Positions 59,181-64,000 of a DNA stretch of 64,000 nucleotides are shown here, in pieces (the first letter of the stretch is position 1; each line of letters begins with the position of its first letter). The stretch lies in assembly GCA_043826355.1 (NCBI GenBank), contig JBDRQI010000005.1, forward strand, positions 84,879 to 148,878, given 5' to 3'. The translations under genes and the position numbers were made by a program. The notes beneath the pieces were generated by a model. The model searched no databases. It was not told where the DNA came from and saw only the letters and a list, made by a program, of their open reading frames with translations. The DNA comes from Candidatus Omnitrophota bacterium (GTDB lineage: Bacteria > Ratteibacteria > UBA8468 > MWAK01).

Positions 59181-62100
59181 TCAGGTCCGGGTAAAGGAGC
59201 GGAGCAGGTTTGCGGTCTCCTCCGGAACCGGTCCGAAACGATCGGCCATCTCCTGCGCCATCTTTTCCGCATCCGGGGAAAGACCGAAAAGCCGGCGGTA
59301 CAGGGAGAGCCGTACCGTCTCCGACGAAACATAGTTTTCCGGAATGAAACCCTTAATTTTGGCGGCTGCAATCTCGCGCTTTACTTTCCGGCCGGTCAGT
59401 TCCGCCACCGCCTCCCGGAATAACTGGTTGTAAAGGAAGAAGCCGACCGCTTCAATAAACCCGTGCTGTTCCTTGCCCAGGATGTTTCCGGCCCCCCGTA
59501 TCTCCAGGTCAGCCAGGGCAAGGCGCAGACCGCTGCCCAATTTGGTAAACTCCTCTATCGCCTTCAAACGCTTCTGGGCGTCGTCGGTCAGGACCTTTCT
59601 TGGCTCGTAAAGAAGATAGCAATAAGCCTGGGTCTTGTACCGGCCTACCCGGCCCCGCAACTGGTAAAGGTCAGCCAGGCCGAAGTTCTGACTGTCGTTA
59701 ATGATGATGGTGTTGGCGTTGGGAATATCCAGCCCCGATTCCACGATTGAAGTGGCCACCAAAATATCTATCTTCTGGTCCAGAAAACGGTCCATCACGC
59801 CAAAGAGTTCCCCTTCGTCCATCTGGCCGTGGCTTATCCCGACCTCCGCTTCCGGCAGGAGGCGTCTCAGGCGTTCGGCGGCCCCGGCGATATTTTCCAC
59901 CCGGTTGTGGATAAAGAAGACCTGGCCGGACCGCTCCATCTCGCGGCGGCAGGCGGTCGCAATCAGGTCTTCCCGGTACGGCGTCAGGAGGGTAAGCACC
60001 GCCTGCCTTCCGGCCGGCGGCGTTTCAATCACGGAAAGGTCGCGGATTCCGGTAATGGATAGTTGCAGCGTCCGGGGAATGGGCGTGGCGGAAAGGGTCA
60101 GGATGTCGACGTCCGGCCAGCGCGCCCTCAGCCGCTCCTTGTGGGTTACGCCGAAACGCTGCTCTTCGTCAACAATCCACATCCCCAAATTTTTAAAACG
60201 GATATCGGCGCTCAGGAGGCGGTGGGTACCGACAACGATATCGACCCTGCCTTCGGCCATCTCCGCAATCACCGCCTTCTGCTCCGGCTTGCTGCGGAAC
60301 CGGGAAAGGTTCTCAATCCGCACCGGGAAATCAGCGAATCGTTCGCCGAAGGTCCGCAAATGCTGTTCCGCCAGAATGGTTGTGGGACAAAGCAAAGCAA
60401 CCTGCCGGCCCGCTTCCACCGCCTTAAAAGCAGCCCGCATCGCCACCTCGGTCTTTCCGTAACCCACGTCCCCGCAGACCAGCCGGTCCATCGGTTTCGA
60501 TGATTGGAGGTCTTTCTTAACCTCCTTGATTGCGGTTAACTGGTCGGGTGTTTCCTCGTAGATAAACTCGGCTTCAAACTCAGATTGCCAGGGGGAGTCC
60601 GCCGGATAAACAAAACCCTGCACCCCTTTCCGCTGCCGGTAAATCTTCAGAAGGTCGCTGGCCAGGTCCCGCACTCCTTCGGTAACCCGCTCCCGGGTCT
60701 TTATCCAGGCCCGGCTGCCCAACCGGGAAAGTGTTGGCGGCTTCTCCACTCCGGCGTAACGGTGCACCAGGTTAATCTGGCTGACCGGCACAAAGAGCAG
60801 GATGCCGTCCGCATATTCAATCTTGATTACCTCCGCTTCCTTCTTTTCAAAAAGGACTTTGCCGATGCCCAGAAACTTTCCGATGCCTTCGTTCAGATGG
60901 ACCACGTAGTCCCCGGGTGAAATCTCCTCCGGGCCGGAAATGGCTGCGGACTGGAAGAACGGTTTTACGCCGGGCCGGAAGGAACGGTAGCGTCCGAATA
61001 TTTCCGAATCGGCGAGAAAGGTAACATCAATCTCCGGAAAGGAAAAACCCTCTGAAAGGTACCCGATTTCAATCCGGCTGTCCGGATGCAGGGTCAACCC
61101 CCTTTCGACGATAACTTCCTTAAACCGTTTTGCCTGGCTCTCGTTCCGGCAGAATATATGCAGCGGCTTCCGGTTCCAAGCGTCGGTCACAAGAGGTCCT
61201 TTGAGGGTAAACCGGGTTACGGGTTCGGCGCGGAAAAAAAAATACCCCCCCTCCCCTCCCCCTCGAGGGGGTAGGAAGGGTAGGGGCGACGGTAGAAAAG
61301 AGAAGTTGATTTTGGGAAAGGGAACTTCCCGTAGTTTTTGCAGGGTAAGAAAATTACCTTTTTCCGCAGGGAGATATTGCTGAAACTTAATCTCTTCCTT
61401 CTCTATTTCTAATGGATGGTAAAAGATCAGGATGGTGCCGGCCGGAAAATATTCCAGAAACGAAGCGGGCTTCCCCCGGGCAAACAACTCTTTTTCGGAT
61501 ATCGGCAGGATAGACGCAACGGAGACCGGTTTCCGGCTCAACTGGCTGACCGGGTCAAAATACCGCAGGGAAATAACTTCTGCGCCGGAGAATTCAACCC
61601 GCAGCGGCTCCGGCCGGCCTGACGAGAAAATGTCTACAATCCCGCCCCTGACCGCGAACTGACCCGGTTCCACCACCAGTTCCGACCGCTGATATCCTGC
61701 GTCGGAAATTTGCGCCAGGAATTCCCGGCGGTCCAGGAATTGCTTGAGTTTAAGGCTGAAAACATATTTTTTCAGGAAAGAAGGTGAGACGGTCGGCGGA
61801 ATAATCGCCTGAATCGGGGTTACCACTAAAAACGGTTCTGCCCGGTTGGTCAGGCTGTTAAGAACCACCAGCCGCTGGCTCTCCACCTCTGCCGACGGAT
61901 TCAGTTCTTCGTTAGGCAAAACTTCCGTGAAGGGAAAAAGACCGACCCCGGCGGAAGGAAGAAAAGTCTGCAGGTCACCAAAGGCGCGGCTGGCGCTTTC
62001 CACTCCGGCGGTAATAAACAGTAATCTTTTCACGCCGGGCAACAGGGAAAAGAAGGCAGCCGCTATCAGATTTGCAGAAGAACCGACCAGGCCGGAAAGC

Positions 62101-62192
62101 GAAATTTCCTTTTCCCCGCCCTGAAGTGATCTCTCTGCTTTCCGGAAGGAATCTAACTTATGGAGGTTTCGGAAAACTTTTTCCAGGTACAC
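59181..62192 (-). CDS. mfd: Transcription-repair coupling factor
   Basis: VRGGIVD, CGDVGYGKTEVA, DEEQRFG, SATPIPRT, QLRGRVGR, DLEIRGAGN. Confidence 0.96.
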   Translation of the reverse strand: MYLEKVFRNLHKLDSFRKAERSLQGGEKEISLSGLVGSSANLIAAAFFSLLPGVKRLLFITAGVESASRAFGDLQTFLPSAGVGLFPFTEVLPNEELNPSAEVESQRLVVLNSLTNRAEPFLVVTPIQAIIPPTVSPSFLKKYVFSLKLKQFLDRREFLAQISDAGYQRSELVVEPGQFAVRGGIVDIFSSGRPEPLRVEFSGAEVISLRYFDPVSQLSRKPVSVASILPISEKELFARGKPASFLEYFPAGTILIFYHPLEIEKEEIKFQQYLPAEKGNFLTLQKLREVPFPKINFSFLPSPLPFLPPRGGGEGGYFFFRAEPVTRFTLKGPLVTDAWNRKPLHIFCRNESQAKRFKEVIVERGLTLHPDSRIEIGYLSEGFSFPEIDVTFLADSEIFGRYRSFRPGVKPFFQSAAISGPEEISPGDYVVHLNEGIGKFLGIGKVLFEKKEAEVIKIEYADGILLFVPVSQINLVHRYAGVEKPPTLSRLGSRAWIKTRERVTEGVRDLASDLLKIYRQRKGVQGFVYPADSPWQSEFEAEFIYEETPDQLTAIKEVKKDLQSSKPMDRLVCGDVGYGKTEVAMRAAFKAVEAGRQVALLCPTTILAEQHLRTFGERFADFPVRIENLSRFRSKPEQKAVIAEMAEGRVDIVVGTHRLLSADIRFKNLGMWIVDEEQRFGVTHKERLRARWPDVDILTLSATPIPRTLQLSITGIRDLSVIETPPAGRQAVLTLLTPYREDLIATACRREMERSGQVFFIHNRVENIAGAAERLRRLLPEAEVGISHGQMDEGELFGVMDRFLDQKIDILVATSIVESGLDIPNANTIIINDSQNFGLADLYQLRGRVGRYKTQAYCYLLYEPRKVLTDDAQKRLKAIEEFTKLGSGLRLALADLEIRGAGNILGKEQHGFIEAVGFFLYNQLFREAVAELTGRKVKREIAAAKIKGFIPENYVSSETVRLSLYRRLFGLSPDAEKMAQEMADRFGPVPEETANLLRSFTRT

Positions 62193-62204
62193 GCGAAAAG
62201 TGGT

Positions 62205-62274
62205 GTCATTCTGAGCCGTTCTTGCGAAGAATCTAAATTAAAATATGAGATCCTTCGCTATCGCTCAGGATGAC
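62205..62274. repeat. REP doublet overlapping the glyA stop
   Basis: GTCATTCTGAGCCGTTCTTGCGAAGAATC and GAGATCCTTCGCTATCGCTCAGGATGAC. Confidence 0.8.
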
Positions 62275-63515
62275 AGACAATTACGAGAATCCAACGGAAA
62301 TTTTCGGCAGAGGCCTTTTACCCGCTTCTTGACGTCCGAAATCTTAACCGGGTCTGCCCGGAAAGTAATCGCGTCCGAAATCAGCCCGGCGATCGTCTCC
62401 ATCTGGCCTTCCTTCATTCCACGGCTGGTTATTGCCGGAGTTCCCAAACGCAGGCCGCTTGTCCTGGTAGCATCCAGCGGGTCAAAGGGAACCATGTTCT
62501 TGTTGGTGGAAATACCGATGCCTTCCAGTAATTTTTCCGCTTCCGCGCCGGTAATATTCTTATTAGCCAGGTTAACCAGAAGCAGGTGGTTATCGGTGCC
62601 CCCGGTTACCAACCTGAAACCCTTTTTCTTCAAACTTTCAGCCAACGAACGGCTGTTTTTGATAACCTGAGCCTGGTAATCCCGGAACTCCGGCTTTTGC
62701 GCTTCTTTGAAAGCAACCGCCTTTGCGGCAATGACGTGCATCAGCGGACCGCCCTGGATACCGGGAAATATCATCCGGTTCAAAAGATGTCCGTGCTCCT
62801 TGCCTGCCAGAATAAGACCGCCCCTTGGTCCGCGCAGGGTCTTATGAGTCGTAGAAGTAATAAAATGAGCGAAGCCGACCGGGCTGGGGTGAAGACCGGT
62901 GACCACCAGACCGGCAATGTGCGCGATGTCAGCCATCAGGTATGCATTCACACTGTCGGCAATCTTCCGGAAAACCGCAAAGTCAATTACCCGGGGGTAG
63001 GAACTCGCCCCGCAAATAATCATCCCGGGCTTAACTTTTTTTACCTGTCCGGCAATTTCGTCGTAATCCAGAAGTTCTGTTTTGCGATTAACCGTGTATG
63101 GGTGGTTTTCAAAAAGGCAACCGGAGAAACTTACGGGAGCGCCGTGGCTCAAATGGCCGCCGGAATCAAGACTCATTCCCATAATCCGGTCGCCGGTCTT
63201 AAGAATGGAAAGAAGAACCGCCATATTGGCCTGAGTGCCGGAATGGGGTTGAACATTGGCGTAATCGACCTTAAATAACCGCTTGGCGCGTTCCACCGCC
63301 AGTCTCTCGATTTCGTCCACAAACTCACAGCCGCCGTAGTAGCGTTTACCCGGATAACCTTCCGCATATTTGTTGGTCAGGACCGAACCGGTCGCCTCCA
63401 GGACCGCTTCACTGACCACATTCTCCGAAGCAATTAGTTCCAGGGTAAAGGCGAGCCGCTCCTCTTCCTTTTCAATCCAACCGGAAACTTCCGGGTCTGT
63501 TTGTTTAATTTTCAT
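62265..63515 (-). CDS. glyA: Serine hydroxymethyltransferase
   Basis: LIASEN, NKYAEGYPG.RYYGG, GGHLSHG, TTHKTLRGPRGG. Confidence 0.97.
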   Translation of the reverse strand: MKIKQTDPEVSGWIEKEEERLAFTLELIASENVVSEAVLEATGSVLTNKYAEGYPGKRYYGGCEFVDEIERLAVERAKRLFKVDYANVQPHSGTQANMAVLLSILKTGDRIMGMSLDSGGHLSHGAPVSFSGCLFENHPYTVNRKTELLDYDEIAGQVKKVKPGMIICGASSYPRVIDFAVFRKIADSVNAYLMADIAHIAGLVVTGLHPSPVGFAHFITSTTHKTLRGPRGGLILAGKEHGHLLNRMIFPGIQGGPLMHVIAAKAVAFKEAQKPEFRDYQAQVIKNSRSLAESLKKKGFRLVTGGTDNHLLLVNLANKNITGAEAEKLLEGIGISTNKNMVPFDPLDATRTSGLRLGTPAITSRGMKEGQMETIAGLISDAITFRADPVKISDVKKRVKGLCRKFPLDSRNCLSS

Positions 63516-63517
63516 AT

Positions 63518-64000
63518 TTAAATTTGTATTTTACTTAAATCCCCTATCTTCCGCAAGACACAGGCTATCTGCTCCAGGAGTCCCAGCCGATTATTGCGCA
63601 GAGTCTCATTCGGCGTCATCACCATCACCTTGTCAAAAAAACGGTTAATGTAAGGGTTTAACTCCGAAATTTTCACCAGGGCTGCGCCATAATTCTCCTC
63701 AGTCAGAAAATCGCCAATCTCCTCTGCCTTAGAAATCCAGAAGGAAAAGAGTTCTTTTTCCGCCTCTTCAAAGAGAAGCTTTGGTTGAAACCATCCGAAA
63801 GAGAACTTTTTTTCTTTTGCCTGGAGAAGAATATTGGTTACCCGGCTGAAGGTGATAATCTCTTCCGGACCGCCGGGTTTTTTAACAAGGCCCGTCAGGG
63901 CCGAGGCCCGGGCCGGAAAGGCGGTAATGCTGTCTCCTTCTCCGGAAAGGGCCGCGGCTACAACGTCCGGGCGGAAACCGCGGGCTTGAAGCCCGTTTTC
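63518..64000 (-). CDS. glyS: Glycine-tRNA ligase beta subunit, C-terminal part
   Basis: Manual translation ...FSRVTNIL...EEAEKEL...INRFFDKVMVM...LRNNRLGLL...GDLSKI*. Confidence 0.85.
   Translation of the reverse strand, partial: ENGLQARGFRPDVVAAALSGEGDSITAFPARASALTGLVKKPGGPEEIITFSRVTNILLQAKEKKFSFGWFQPKLLFEEAEKELFSFWISKAEEIGDFLTEENYGAALVKISELNPYINRFFDKVMVMTPNETLRNNRLGLLEQIACVLRKIGDLSKIQI

Overview
A 64-kb chromosomal window from a probably anaerobic diderm bacterium (TolC/MacAB efflux, lipoproteins, superoxide reductase/rubredoxin/OFOR). A PVC/Omnitrophota-like affiliation is only an impression from gene content. The backbone is housekeeping and carbohydrate metabolism: GH57, glgA, an oxidative-stress and 2-oxoacid:ferredoxin oxidoreductase operon, miaA, an archaeal-type thyA, a FucI-like isomerase, miaB, a Trk K+ uptake operon, comEA, leuD, satP, MacAB-TolC, GH38, hisD, nadE, a kbl-tdh fusion, mfd, glyA and glyS, plus 4 tRNAs and a candidate 6S-like RNA. 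Accessory DNA sits at tRNA-Pro (sigma2-only protein, IS3 relic, hicAB), at tRNA-Asn (GIY-YIG nuclease, pilin-like pseudogene, TspO, pyrimidine-dimer glycosylase, 8-repeat surface protein, IS1380 relic) and in the miaB 3' end (pyk + P-type ATPase between 27-bp direct repeats). The most striking unannotated signal is a set of ~25-35 bp palindromic micro-elements of several families. They appear to insert precisely without target duplication (shown by a 31-bp insert splitting a Trp codon of the IS1380 transposase), nest inside each other, are translated in frame inside NadE, MiaB, Mfd and GH38, and supply C-termini or stop codons to GlgA, GlyA and an ABC ATPase. Two of these hairpin types also lie directly upstream of a stand-alone GIY-YIG nuclease bracketed by a duplicated tRNA 3' end. 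All calls come from motif recognition by eye; no searches were run.
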